A DNA stretch of 64,000 nucleotides, from the NCBI GenBank assembly GCA_965215365.1, contig CBDCDS010000003.1:608001-672000 (forward strand). The letters are read 5' to 3'. The translations under genes and the position numbers were made by a program. Below, one piece after another: positions 42,850 to 52,497 of the stretch. The notes beneath the pieces are model-generated. The model did no database searches, was not told the DNA's origin, and saw nothing but the letters and a program-made list of their open reading frames with translations. Each line of letters opens with the position of its first letter. Position 1 is the stretch's first letter. Origin of the DNA: Gammaproteobacteria bacterium. Lineage in GTDB: Bacteria > Pseudomonadota > Gammaproteobacteria > Eutrophobiales > Eutrophobiaceae.

Positions 42850-44373
42850 CTACTCGCCCCCCTTACCCTGATCTCTTGTTCTGATCTGGTTTTTCTTAAC
42901 CGTTTTATTTTTGAGCGGTTTTTCCACCATGGTGGCGGCGTCTCCCTTGAGTGCTATCTCGATGGCGGCGAGGGGATTGTAGCCCTTCAGGGTCATAGAC
43001 TGCAAGTAGCTGGAGATGCGGCAGTAGGTGTCGGCGTAGGCGGTGGTTCGGAAGCAGCCGGAGACTTTTTGTTTGACTTTAGCCATACGGATATCGCGTT
43101 CGGCGCGGTTGTTGGTGAACGGCACGTTGGGGTCGCGGGCGAAGCGGAGGACTTCGGTTTCGTACTTGACGAGGGCATCATGGAGGTTTTGTGCCTCACA
43201 TTGGGCAATCCGTCCGCGTTGGCCGGTGAGCCGTTTCGGGGGTGTGGGGAGTTCCCGTTTGGCTTGTGTCAGGATAGTCCGGTAGCGGGTGCGCAGGGAC
43301 TGGTAGTCGGTCTCGCTGAGTGCCTTGTTTTTATGTGTGCGCACCTGTCGGCAGGTCTTGAGCAGGAGGCGGCTCATACGTTGGGCCCAGGCATGGCCGT
43401 GGGCGTCCTCGATAAAGGCCAAGTTACGCAACAGGTGACTGCCGCACAGGGCATGCTCGCAGTTGTCATAGGCGAAGTAGCTGGCCCAGCGGTCGTGCAC
43501 GAGAACACCGCCGTAGCGGGGGACGATGCCGATGTCCTTGAGGGCGTCCCCGCCCCGCTTGCGGTGGCAGTGTTTCAGTACCAGGTTCCCGGCACTGGTG
43601 CTGTGCAGCCAGTGTTGTGTGCGGTCGATGCGCAAGGAGGTCTCATCGGCGTGCAGCACGGGCTCTGTGAGCAGGCGGGCGATAGCCGCCCGCTCCCACC
43701 CGGCCAGGGCCTCATGCACCCGCGTGAGCCAGGCCAGTAAGGTCGCCTCGGCGACGGCGCGCCCGGTCAGTGCATGAAGTGTCTGCGCCGTACGTTTGAG
43801 CGAGAGCATTTGGGCCGTTAACAGGTGCGTGGCGAAAGCCACGATGCCAGGGCCGTATTGTAAAGGCCCCGGCATGTCATCGGGAAACGCCCCGTGGGTC
43901 TCAGTGCCACAGCGCGGACAGGTTTTTATCTCGGCGTCAATGGTCAACTCGGTCGTCTCGAAGACTATATCGACCTTGACTCGTCGCACATGGCCGGTGG
44001 GGGCGGTGCCTTTGAGATCATGCCCGCAGGCCCGGCAGCCGGTCACGGGCACCGTGCGGGTCTGAGCCACCACGCGCCGGGACGCGCTGGGCACCGTCCC
44101 GGTCTGCGGCCCCTTGCCCTGCTTGCCGGGCCGTGTGCGCGCACTGTCATCGGGGTCGGTGCGGGAACTGGGCAGGCTGGAGTTGTGCGCCCCCTTCGGT
44201 GTGGTCTTCTCTAAGAACACCGCCAGCAGCAACTCGAATAGCAGCAACATCGACTCGAACAGCGCACGCCCTTCGGGACTCAGCGCGCCGTCGGCGCACA
44301 ACGCCTTAAAACGCATTCGGATGGCCTCGAACTCCGCACGCAATGAGGCCTTGTTCACCGTGGCCATGTGCAC
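42850..44373 (-). CDS. IS66 transposase (TnpC-like)
   Basis: NSSLPSS, CxxC zinc ribbon, LHADET, LVHD, HALCGSHLLR, TNNRAERDIR, KQKVSGCFR. Confidence 0.93.
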   Translation of the reverse strand: MHMATVNKASLRAEFEAIRMRFKALCADGALSPEGRALFESMLLLFELLLAVFLEKTTPKGAHNSSLPSSRTDPDDSARTRPGKQGKGPQTGTVPSASRRVVAQTRTVPVTGCRACGHDLKGTAPTGHVRRVKVDIVFETTELTIDAEIKTCPRCGTETHGAFPDDMPGPLQYGPGIVAFATHLLTAQMLSLKRTAQTLHALTGRAVAEATLLAWLTRVHEALAGWERAAIARLLTEPVLHADETSLRIDRTQHWLHSTSAGNLVLKHCHRKRGGDALKDIGIVPRYGGVLVHDRWASYFAYDNCEHALCGSHLLRNLAFIEDAHGHAWAQRMSRLLLKTCRQVRTHKNKALSETDYQSLRTRYRTILTQAKRELPTPPKRLTGQRGRIAQCEAQNLHDALVKYETEVLRFARDPNVPFTNNRAERDIRMAKVKQKVSGCFRTTAYADTYCRISSYLQSMTLKGYNPLAAIEIALKGDAATMVEKPLKNKTVKKNQIRTRDQGKGGE

Positions 44374-45035
44374 TGTGCCTCCACCGCCATCATCGCCGCC
44401 AGCACCGCCAGCCGCTCGGCCGGGGGCAAGTCACGATAACGCCGCCCCCAGTTCTCAGCCTTGCGCTTGACCTGCTGGCGGTGCGTGAAGTTGCGCCCCG
44501 CATAGCGCACCCAGTGCACCCGGTCCGGCACAAAATTGAACCAGACCCGCTCGGTCACCACCCCGCCCTGATTCATCACCTGCAAGGACACACTGCGCCA
44601 GCCCGCCAGCACCTCATCATACAAGGCCGAAGGATACCCCGACACCATCACCGCACAGGGCAGCCCCTGCAGTAACGCCAGCAGCGCCTCATGGTCTGAG
44701 TCCTCGTAGTCATACCGGTAACGGTGCCGTGACTTGCGCGTGCTGTGCAGGTAGGGCGGGTCGCTGTACACCAACTCCGTGCCGTCAAACGGAAAAGTCG
44801 CCAACCAGCGGTGACAACACCCCTGCACCAACTCCACCGGATACCCACACGTAAACCCCGCCAACGCCCGCACATCAAGATCAATCCCAATGTTGCGCAA
44901 CGCCGCCGGCTTGCGCTGCATAATCGCCCCGCCGCCTAAGTGTGTCTCAATGTACACACTGTGCGGCGGCATCATCGCAATGAGCGGCTGGCACAGACCC
45001 GTCGTGGCTTTCGACCCTCGGTACGCATTCCCCAT
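44355..45035 (-). CDS. Compact DNA adenine methyltransferase (Dam/D12-like, alpha motif order)
   Basis: YRGSK, YIETHLGGGA (motif I), YSDPPY (motif IV), VSGY, TERVWFNF. Confidence 0.85.
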   Translation of the reverse strand: MGNAYRGSKATTGLCQPLIAMMPPHSVYIETHLGGGAIMQRKPAALRNIGIDLDVRALAGFTCGYPVELVQGCCHRWLATFPFDGTELVYSDPPYLHSTRKSRHRYRYDYEDSDHEALLALLQGLPCAVMVSGYPSALYDEVLAGWRSVSLQVMNQGGVVTERVWFNFVPDRVHWVRYAGRNFTHRQQVKRKAENWGRRYRDLPPAERLAVLAAMMAVEAQCTWPR

Positions 45036-45042
45036 GACGACC

Positions 45043-45085
45043 AACATAACGCCATGACGCTATGTTGTCAAGGACGCCTTGACAA
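45043..45085 (-). promoter_or_regulatory. Sigma70-like promoter for MTase-transposase with overlapping palindromes
   Basis: Minus strand TTGACA-17-TATGTT, 7 nt before ATG 45035; IR TTGTCAAGG-ACG-CCTTGACAA at 45065-45085. Confidence 0.6.
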
Positions 45086-45199
45086 AAAATTCAGTAGAAT
45101 TAGAGGGAGGGGGCGAGTAGTTACAACAGAACAATTCATACCAGTAAGTATATCACGGCGGTCTGTTTTGTGGTCAGTTTGGGTAAGTATTTGATACAG

Positions 45200-46200
45200 T
45201 CAGACTTTTTCAAACAGGGTCAGGCTTAATATCTGTAATATTGTGTAGAGTTCGGTAGGCAGATCGAGCCGTTTTTTGATGATGGCGACCAAGACATAAA
45301 CGCCAATAGCGGTCCGGATTTGGGTTTTCACAGCATTCTCAGAGGTGCCGAAGAAGGCCTTGATACGCAGGTGTTGTTTGATCCATTTGAAGAACAACTC
45401 GACCTGCCACCGGCAACGATACAAATCGGCAATGGTGACGGCCGGCAGGGTCAAGTTGTGGGTGAGGAACACCCGTGTTTTGCCGGTGTTGGCATCGTGA
45501 TAGCGGATACGACGCAGGGTGTCGGGATAGCGCGGTGCGGAGCGTTGGCCGGTCAGCACGCCGGTCTGGTCGATGCGGCGGGAGTAGCGGCGCGCAAACT
45601 TGAGGTTGGACTTGGCTCGGATTACGAACAAGGCCGAGGCTAAGGTGAGGCCATGCAGTCGTTCGAAGTCGAGGTAGGCACGGTCCATGACGTAGAAGGC
45701 GCCGGGCTCGGGGATAAGCAGGTCGAGGGCATTGACATCGTGCAGTTTACCGTCGGAGACATGGATAAAGGCGGGGATACTGCCTTGTAAGTCCAGTAAG
45801 GTATGCAGTTTGATGGCGGCCTTGGTCTGTCGGAAGTGCGCCCAGGGGAATACGGACAGGCACAGGTCGACCTCGATATCGCGCAGGCTCTCGCGGTGGG
45901 TGAGTTGGGCGAAGGCCAGGCATAGGAACTGGTCAAGACAGGTAAAAGACTTGACGTAGCGATTGCCGTGGTAGCGTTGGACGCAGCGGCGGAAAGTGTG
46001 CATGGGCAAGTGGGCCATGAGTTGTGAGAAGACGAAATTGCCGGTATACATGGGGCTGCACTCCTTGGTTATGAATGGGAGTCACAGCATGGCAGTCAGG
46101 GTCGGTGGAGTTCAAGTCGATGACAGGCATAAAACGACTGTTTATTAAGTTGTATCAATGAGTTATGATGCACGAACAAGGTTTTCTTGGGACACTAGTG
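45200..46200 (-). pseudogene. IS4-family (DUF4372-type) transposase remnant with in-frame deletions
   Basis: VFSQL...RESLRDIE joined directly to VDLCLSVFPWA; MDRAY; YRCRWQVELFFKWIKQHL; one terminus TGGGACACTAGTG near 46200. Confidence 0.85.
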
Positions 46201-46266
46201 AGGCGGCCTCTAAAAATCAGGGAATTATATACGATAGCGCCGAACCGCTATCAAGACCGATATTGG

Positions 46267-46896
46267 TTACTCCGGCTCAAATCTTTGCAGGAATGCAAGC
46301 GCATTTTTCAAAAAGTCCTTGCCATTGCGGAATCTCCCCAACCCTGTATTGCAACTATCGCAAACATAATCCCTTGCATCTCCAGTTAAATGTCCATGAT
46401 CTAAAACAATCTTGACGGTTACCCCCACTATGCCGTCTTTTTCACATATAGGACAACGCCAGAACACTCCTATTGGGGGCTTATAAGGAACAGAGCCATC
46501 TTTACGCTTCGCATGATTGCGCACGCCGTCAATGCCCCTTCTGCAATCTACGCAGGTAGGACGATATATCGTTGAACCATCCTTCCGAGTTTGGTTTGCA
46601 TCGAAATGTTTTAACGCTTTAAGGGTAAAACACTGATTACAGACTTTTTCAATTTGATCTTTTGGCTTCAATCCTACATGCTTCATAAACTCGCGCTGAC
46701 GGGCGCTGATTTGAATAGGATATTCCTCTGGAGCAAAAGGCTTAACCGCATCTGTCGGTAAAACTTGCACGCGTCCACCCAATGGAATTTTAACTTCGAC
46801 CCCTCGGTCTGTGCGTTTTTGCACCATTGCCAACCGCCCATCAGCAACAATGACAACCCATTCAGGGGGCTGCTCTGGCGGTTCATTTGATGTCAT
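46267..46896 (-). CDS. Hpy99I-like beta-beta-alpha-Me restriction endonuclease
   Basis: Four CxxC pairs, VLDHGH, CDSCNTGLGRF; lower GC than the backbone. Confidence 0.75.
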   Translation of the reverse strand: MTSNEPPEQPPEWVVIVADGRLAMVQKRTDRGVEVKIPLGGRVQVLPTDAVKPFAPEEYPIQISARQREFMKHVGLKPKDQIEKVCNQCFTLKALKHFDANQTRKDGSTIYRPTCVDCRRGIDGVRNHAKRKDGSVPYKPPIGVFWRCPICEKDGIVGVTVKIVLDHGHLTGDARDYVCDSCNTGLGRFRNGKDFLKNALAFLQRFEPE

Positions 46897-47675
46897 GCGG
46901 TTGCTGCCATGATCTGGTTTCCCAGCCTGGTTTTTGCAATGTCAATGTATTCCTCGGATATATCAATGCCGATCCAATCACGACCGTTATAAGCTGCCAT
47001 TTTGCAAGTTGTGCCTGACCCGCACATCGGATCAAATACCAGATCGCCGGGATTCGTCCACGAAAGGATATGATCTTCGGCCAGCTTTTCTGGAAATACT
47101 GCCGGATGATTAAATGCTATTTTGTCCCTTGTGGTTCCTCCCAGACCAACCGCATAAGCCCATATATTGGTCCTGGTCTTTTCTTTCTTTAATTCTTTCA
47201 GCACTTTGTTATTGACCGCATCCGGGCCCTTGTTGTGAACCATCATTTCGTAGCCGTTGCGGACTGTTTTTTCCTTAATCGGATTGAATGTATCAGGTGA
47301 CCCTTTGGAAAATACAAACATGAACTCGTGACAGTTAGTGTAAGCGTTGCTGCGCATGAAAGGTGTATTTTTCTTCTGGTAAATCATCACGTCATGGACG
47401 CGGAATCCCAAAGCCTGGAAAAACAGCGCTTGCTTCATACTGGTCAGCGTCCTGCCGCCATGACCATTTATCTTGTCACCCACGACCCAAACAACCACGC
47501 CTCCTTCCTTCGTGACACGAAACAGTCCTGCCGCTATATCTTCAAATGGAAATGAATAACCCTGGTAATTCCTCAAATTGTCATACGGCGGCGATGTGAC
47601 AGTTAAATCAACCATGCCCTCATCCATGGCGGCCATAATTTTCACACAGTCGCCCGTGTAAAGGTGGTTTCTCAT
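46893..47675 (-). CDS. Beta-class N4-cytosine/N6-adenine DNA methyltransferase
   Basis: TSPPY before DPMCGSGTT; HPAVFP; ATGA overlap with the endonuclease. Confidence 0.92.
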   Translation of the reverse strand: MRNHLYTGDCVKIMAAMDEGMVDLTVTSPPYDNLRNYQGYSFPFEDIAAGLFRVTKEGGVVVWVVGDKINGHGGRTLTSMKQALFFQALGFRVHDVMIYQKKNTPFMRSNAYTNCHEFMFVFSKGSPDTFNPIKEKTVRNGYEMMVHNKGPDAVNNKVLKELKKEKTRTNIWAYAVGLGGTTRDKIAFNHPAVFPEKLAEDHILSWTNPGDLVFDPMCGSGTTCKMAAYNGRDWIGIDISEEYIDIAKTRLGNQIMAATA

Positions 47676-47709
47676 GCGATCAGGTTCTCATAATTCAGGG
47701 CGCGTTGCT

Positions 47710-48720
47710 TCAACGCGACTGCGGGTAGTGGTCTCGAATCAGTGATAACAAGCGGGTGGCATCATCTGTTGCCTCCCATTCATTATCCTCATTGACCACA
47801 ATCAGCTCGGTTTTGTTACCGACACCAGTCAGGCTGATTTGCCATGAACCGGACGCGTTGCTGGCATTTTTCTCACGCGTTTGTCCACTTGCGCCGAGCT
47901 GATAGGCACCCTGTTCCGAGTCGCTGCCGGTTACCTGCAGACCACTGTTTTGTAAGGCAATTCCGGTGTTCTTCCAGGCCTGTTCAAAGGCTTCGGGAAT
48001 GGCCAGATACATTTTGCCGTCACCGGCATCGACTACCCGTAAGGCACCATCAGCGCCAGTTTGGGAAGCACCTGCCCCCGGCTCATCGACAGGCGCGGCC
48101 GGCGCCGGTGTTGCGGCAGGTTCACCGGCGCCAAGGAACCGGGCGAGCTCGGCAGCAAATAGTCTTTCCTGTTCCTGGTCTTGGTCTTGCTCGAGCCAGT
48201 CGGCATTGTCATCAATTCGGGTTTGGCGCAGTTGGCTGATGACCAGCGTTGAGCTGTCCGGCGTGCCGCCGGCTTCGGCAAAAATTTTGTATTTGTAACG
48301 ATACTGCAAGCCAGCCTGTTGTTCGGTCGCAGACCAACCGGTCTCCAGCACCCCCAGCTCACTATCGTCAAGCTCAACAGAGTAATTTTCCGAGGCAATA
48401 AACTCAAGCAAGCGCGGCCACAGCTGTTGTGTTGACATCGGCAGGGTCAACCACTGTTCGCCTGTTTCGGTGCTGCCCGAAGCAATATCGGGGCCGCCGG
48501 GCGCGCGCGGATTTTTATAACTGGACAACGTGACCGGTGCCTCGCCCGGTATGTTCATGGAATCATTGATAGCATTGGCGGTCAAATCCGGCGGGATTTC
48601 CAAATCCGGCATGCTCTCGCTTTTCTTGTACTCGCTCTTTTTGTCGGGCAGGTACGCGCAAGACGCTAGCAGAGACAGGCCCGACAGGATGGTTGCAAGA
48701 GTTAAAACAGGTGTTTTCAT
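47710..48720 (-). CDS. bamC: Outer membrane assembly lipoprotein
   Basis: Lipobox LASC, LEIPPDL, GVLETGW; directly downstream of dapA. Confidence 0.85.
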   Translation of the reverse strand: MKTPVLTLATILSGLSLLASCAYLPDKKSEYKKSESMPDLEIPPDLTANAINDSMNIPGEAPVTLSSYKNPRAPGGPDIASGSTETGEQWLTLPMSTQQLWPRLLEFIASENYSVELDDSELGVLETGWSATEQQAGLQYRYKYKIFAEAGGTPDSSTLVISQLRQTRIDDNADWLEQDQDQEQERLFAAELARFLGAGEPAATPAPAAPVDEPGAGASQTGADGALRVVDAGDGKMYLAIPEAFEQAWKNTGIALQNSGLQVTGSDSEQGAYQLGASGQTREKNASNASGSWQISLTGVGNKTELIVVNEDNEWEATDDATRLLSLIRDHYPQSR

Positions 48721-48782
48721 AACAGACCTCTGGTTGGTATTGCGTGTTCATACAAGGGGCATCCCGCTCAGGAGCGGCCCTG

Positions 48783-49679
48783 TCAAATCACCTCTGCTTG
48801 TTGCATGGCCGCTTCAACCCGAGCATGGAGCTCTTCGGAAAGCCAGGTCATGGGCAGGCGGATGCCGTTTTCGATCAGGCCGAGCCGTTGCATGGCCCAC
48901 TTGGTCGGTATCGGGTTGGATTCAAGAAACAGCGATTGGTGCAAGCCCAGCAGTTTGGTGTCTAAAGCCTTGGCTGCGTCCCGGTTACCGGCGCGCGCCA
49001 GCCGACACAGTTCGTGCATTGCCGCCGGCGCCACATTGGCCGTGACGGAAATCACCCCATCGCCACCCATCAGCATAAAATCACAAGCCGTCTCATCATC
49101 GCCGCTGAGCAGCAGAAAGTCCTCGCCACAGGTTGCGCGCAGCGCGCAGACCCGGTCCACCTCGCCGGTTGCTTCCTTGACCCCGATGATGTTATCGACC
49201 TGCGCCAGCCGGGACACGGTTTCAGGCAGCAGGTCGCAAGCCGTGCGCGCCGGCACATTGTAGAGCAGCTGGGGAATGGAGACACTATCGGCAATCACCT
49301 TGAAGTGTGCATACATACCGGCCTGGGTCGGTTTGTTGTAGTACGGCGTCACCAGCAAACAGGCGTCGGCGCCGGCTTGTTGTGCATAGGCCGTCAACTC
49401 GATAGCCTCGATCGTTGAGTTTGCGCCGGTACCGGCGATGACCGGCACGCGCCCGTTGACGACCTCCACAACCTGTTTGATGACCCGGCAGTGTTCATCC
49501 GGCATCAACGTTGCTGATTCGCCTGTTGTGCCTACGGCAACAATACCGTCCGACCCGTTGTCAATGTGGAATTCGACCAGCTGCGCCAAGGCGTTGAGGT
49601 CCAGCGGCGCATCCGGGGCGACGCCCCCCTGCATGGGGGTGATGATGGCAACTAGGCAGCCTGAGAACAGATCTTTCAT
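48783..49679 (-). CDS. dapA: 4-hydroxy-tetrahydrodipicolinate synthase
   Basis: GTTGES, PYYNKP, YNVPART, GVKEA, ESNPIP. Confidence 0.97.
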   Translation of the reverse strand: MKDLFSGCLVAIITPMQGGVAPDAPLDLNALAQLVEFHIDNGSDGIVAVGTTGESATLMPDEHCRVIKQVVEVVNGRVPVIAGTGANSTIEAIELTAYAQQAGADACLLVTPYYNKPTQAGMYAHFKVIADSVSIPQLLYNVPARTACDLLPETVSRLAQVDNIIGVKEATGEVDRVCALRATCGEDFLLLSGDDETACDFMLMGGDGVISVTANVAPAAMHELCRLARAGNRDAAKALDTKLLGLHQSLFLESNPIPTKWAMQRLGLIENGIRLPMTWLSEELHARVEAAMQQAEVI

Positions 49680-49868
49680 ATTCTTTGATATTGCATAAGA
49701 TCACCTCTCACAAACACGAGGTGACTGTGCAGCACAGGGATGTGTTGCCAGTAACTGCAATCATGTCAGTGGCCTGTTAAGTGCCCCTATAGCGGAATCC
49801 GTGTATAATACACCAGTTTAAGCCGCCGTGCATTGGCCCTGTTTGACTGCCTGATCCGGATTTCAATA

Positions 49869-50396
49869 ATGATACAATTCCTTGCGCTGACCGTTATTGG
49901 TAAGTATGACCTTGCCCTGCCGGAACGGTTGACCGGCGTTATCGCAGAATCAGGATGCAATATCCGGGAAAGTCGGATCACCATACTCGGACAGGAGTTT
50001 TCCATGCTGTTGCTGCTCGCCGGGAACTGGAACGCGGTGGTCAAGGTTGAGGACGCGCTGGGCCGGCTGGGGCAGGAACAGGATTTATCCGTCAGTATGC
50101 GCCGCACGGAATTGGACAAGGCGGAAAAGAATCTCATGCCTTATGCCATCGACGTAGTATGCAGCGATCGTGTTGGCGTGGTCAACCGGATAACCCGTTT
50201 TATCCTGGACAATGGCATCCAGATTCGGGATTTATCCACAACCACCTACGAAGCCTCGCATACCGGCACCGAGATGTTTTCCCTGCACCTGACCATTCAC
50301 GTGCCGGTGGAGATATCCATTTCCTCATTACGCAACGACTTTCTGGAGTTTTGCGACCAGTTGAACCTGGACGCGATTATTGAACCGGTGAAATGA
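49869..50396 (+). CDS. gcvR: Glycine cleavage system regulator (ACT domains)
   Basis: GCNIRESR; divergent from dapA and upstream of bcp. Confidence 0.88.
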   Translation: MIQFLALTVIGKYDLALPERLTGVIAESGCNIRESRITILGQEFSMLLLLAGNWNAVVKVEDALGRLGQEQDLSVSMRRTELDKAEKNLMPYAIDVVCSDRVGVVNRITRFILDNGIQIRDLSTTTYEASHTGTEMFSLHLTIHVPVEISISSLRNDFLEFCDQLNLDAIIEPVK

Positions 50397-50415
50397 CGAA
50401 CACGGCACTATTTCT

Positions 50416-50762
50416 GGGAACCTCTAAAAATACCCTCCGTGGTATTTTTAGAGGTTCCCATCACTTATTGAGAGCCATCATGTTTCACAAGGCAACAAGC
50501 GACTGGGTGAGATCTGCGGGATAGCCCGCATATCTCACCGAGTGATGCGAAGATCGCGCCGGATTGGTTCTGCCTGCGGGTGCCTGCGACCGAAACCATA
50601 GTGGTTCTCTGGTTGAGGAAGCACGTGCCTGCAGGCAGAACCAAGACCCGCGAGGGCGCATCAAGCGCAGTGGGTTATGGGGAAAGAGTAGCAGTATGAT
50701 CATCACTTATTGAGAGCCATCATGTTTCACAAGGCAACAAGCGACTGGGTGAGATCTGCGGG
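50416..50762. repeat. Cluster of one family B palindrome plus partial and full family A MITEs between gcvR and bcp
   Basis: Palindrome 50416-50459; partial A to 50520; ATAG; full A 50525-50762 followed by CTAA. Confidence 0.88.
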
Positions 50763-50779
50763 CTAAGGGTGACGCGACT

Positions 50780-51253
50780 ATGAGCACAATTAAGACCGGC
50801 GCCAAGGCGCCGGATTTCGAGCTGCCGGCCACCGGCGGCCAGACTATCAGGCTGTCCGATCTTAAGGGTAAAAACGTGGTTATTTATTTCTACCCCAAAG
50901 ACAGCACCTCGGGGTGTACCAGAGAAGGGGCAGATTTCCGTGACAACATTGAGGCTTTCAACGCGCACGACACAGTCATCCTCGGTGCCTCTAGGGACAG
51001 CATGAAGTCTCACGAAAACTTCAAGGCCAAACAGGCGTTTCCGTTCGACCTGTTATCCGACGAGGACGAACACCTATGCGCGCTGTTCGACGTCATCAAG
51101 GAAAAAAGCATGTACGGCAAGAAATACCTGGGTATTGAGCGCAGTACCTTCCTGATCGACAAAACCGGCGTCCTGCGCAAGGAATGGCGCAAGGTGAAGG
51201 TAGCAGGACATGTGCAGGAGGTGCTGAACAGCGTGATGGAATTGGCGGGTTAG
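50780..51253 (+). CDS. bcp: Peroxiredoxin Bcp
   Basis: YFYPKDSTSGCTRE, GIERSTFLID. Confidence 0.95.
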   Translation: MSTIKTGAKAPDFELPATGGQTIRLSDLKGKNVVIYFYPKDSTSGCTREGADFRDNIEAFNAHDTVILGASRDSMKSHENFKAKQAFPFDLLSDEDEHLCALFDVIKEKSMYGKKYLGIERSTFLIDKTGVLRKEWRKVKVAGHVQEVLNSVMELAG

Positions 51254-51262
51254 CCCGAACCT

Positions 51263-52327
51263 TCAGGAGGCCGGCTCCTGCTCCTGCGTCGGCCAGACGT
51301 TGATCAAGGCTTTTACTAGGGTAGCCAGCGGGATGGCAAAAAACACCCCCCAGAAACCCCAGAGTCCGCCGAACACCAAGATGGCGATGATGATCGCCAA
51401 CGGATGCAGGTTGACGGCGTCTGAAAACAGCAGCGGCACCAGGATGTTGCCGTCTAAGAACTGGATGATGAAGTAGGCCACAACCAGCCAGACAAAGACC
51501 GGCTCAAAGCCCCACTGGAAATAGGCAACCAGTGCTACAGGCAGGGTCACCACGGCGGCGCCGATGTAGGGAATCAGGACCGACAGTCCCACAGTGATAG
51601 AGAGCAGGGAAGCATAATTGAGCCCGAACAGCTTGAAAACGATATACGAAGTCGCGCCGACGATGGCGATTTCATACACCTTGCCGCGGATATAATTGCC
51701 GATTTGTGCATCCATCTCCCGCCACAGGTGGCTGACCAGACTGCGGTCGCTGGGCAGAAAACGGCTCAGCCAGCCGCGGATGCTGTCTTTGTCCTTGAGA
51801 AAAAAGAAAATCATCAACGGCACCAGGACCAGGTAAACCAGCACGGTGATGATAGCCGGAATCGACGCCACCGACACGGTTACCAGTTCCTGGCCGAAAT
51901 CACTGGCGCCGCGGCGCAGGGCCAGACTGATCTCAGTCACCAGCTCGGCAGAAAAAATACCCGGATAGCGCTCTGGCAGGCGCAACAGCAGCTCCTGCCC
52001 GCGGTTCAGCATACCAGGCAATTCCTGGAAAAACTGGCTGGTCTGTCCGGACAGGATGGGCAGCAGGCCAACCGTGATGAATCCCATCACCAGTACAAAC
52101 AGCAGGAACACCAGCACTACCGCGCCGAATCTGGGCACATTGTGGGTGGTGAGTTTCTGTATCGGGGCTTCCAACAGGTAGGCCAACACAACCGCAGCCA
52201 GCAGCGGCGCCAGCATGCTGCCCATGAAATAAAAGATGATGAACCCACCTACCAGCAAAACAACTAGCACGGCAGCCTGTGGATGGGTAAAATAGCGCCG
52301 GTACCAGTTACTGAAAAAGTCGAACAT
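51263..52327 (-). CDS. perM: AI-2E family transporter (PerM-like)
   Basis: IPYIGA, QFLDGNILVPLLFS, LHP, GVFFAIP. Confidence 0.9.
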   Translation of the reverse strand: MFDFFSNWYRRYFTHPQAAVLVVLLVGGFIIFYFMGSMLAPLLAAVVLAYLLEAPIQKLTTHNVPRFGAVVLVFLLFVLVMGFITVGLLPILSGQTSQFFQELPGMLNRGQELLLRLPERYPGIFSAELVTEISLALRRGASDFGQELVTVSVASIPAIITVLVYLVLVPLMIFFFLKDKDSIRGWLSRFLPSDRSLVSHLWREMDAQIGNYIRGKVYEIAIVGATSYIVFKLFGLNYASLLSITVGLSVLIPYIGAAVVTLPVALVAYFQWGFEPVFVWLVVAYFIIQFLDGNILVPLLFSDAVNLHPLAIIIAILVFGGLWGFWGVFFAIPLATLVKALINVWPTQEQEPAS

Positions 52328-52497
52328 AGGTATTTCCTGTCAGCCTTAAGGCCACCTCTCACAAACACGAGGTGACCTTAAACTTTATCATAACCTCAAA
52401 AAATGATTGAAGCCAATACTGTACACCGCATCGACCAGACCGGGCTGGCCTGGAGTCCGGTTGCAGGGAGGCGCGCCGGCTCAGCGGGGGATAGCCA

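Larger units (their letters stand above)
42846..45124 (-). mobile_element. IS66-family (single-transposase, ISBst12-like) element carrying a DNA methyltransferase passenger
   Basis: 16-bp TIR GTAACTACTCGCCCCC; 8-bp TSD AACAGAAC at 42838-42845 and 45125-45132. Confidence 0.92.

Noticed and set aside
45079-45100. Outward-facing promoter TTGACA...TAGAAT in the IS66 end
   Set aside because: Spacer is only 10 bp
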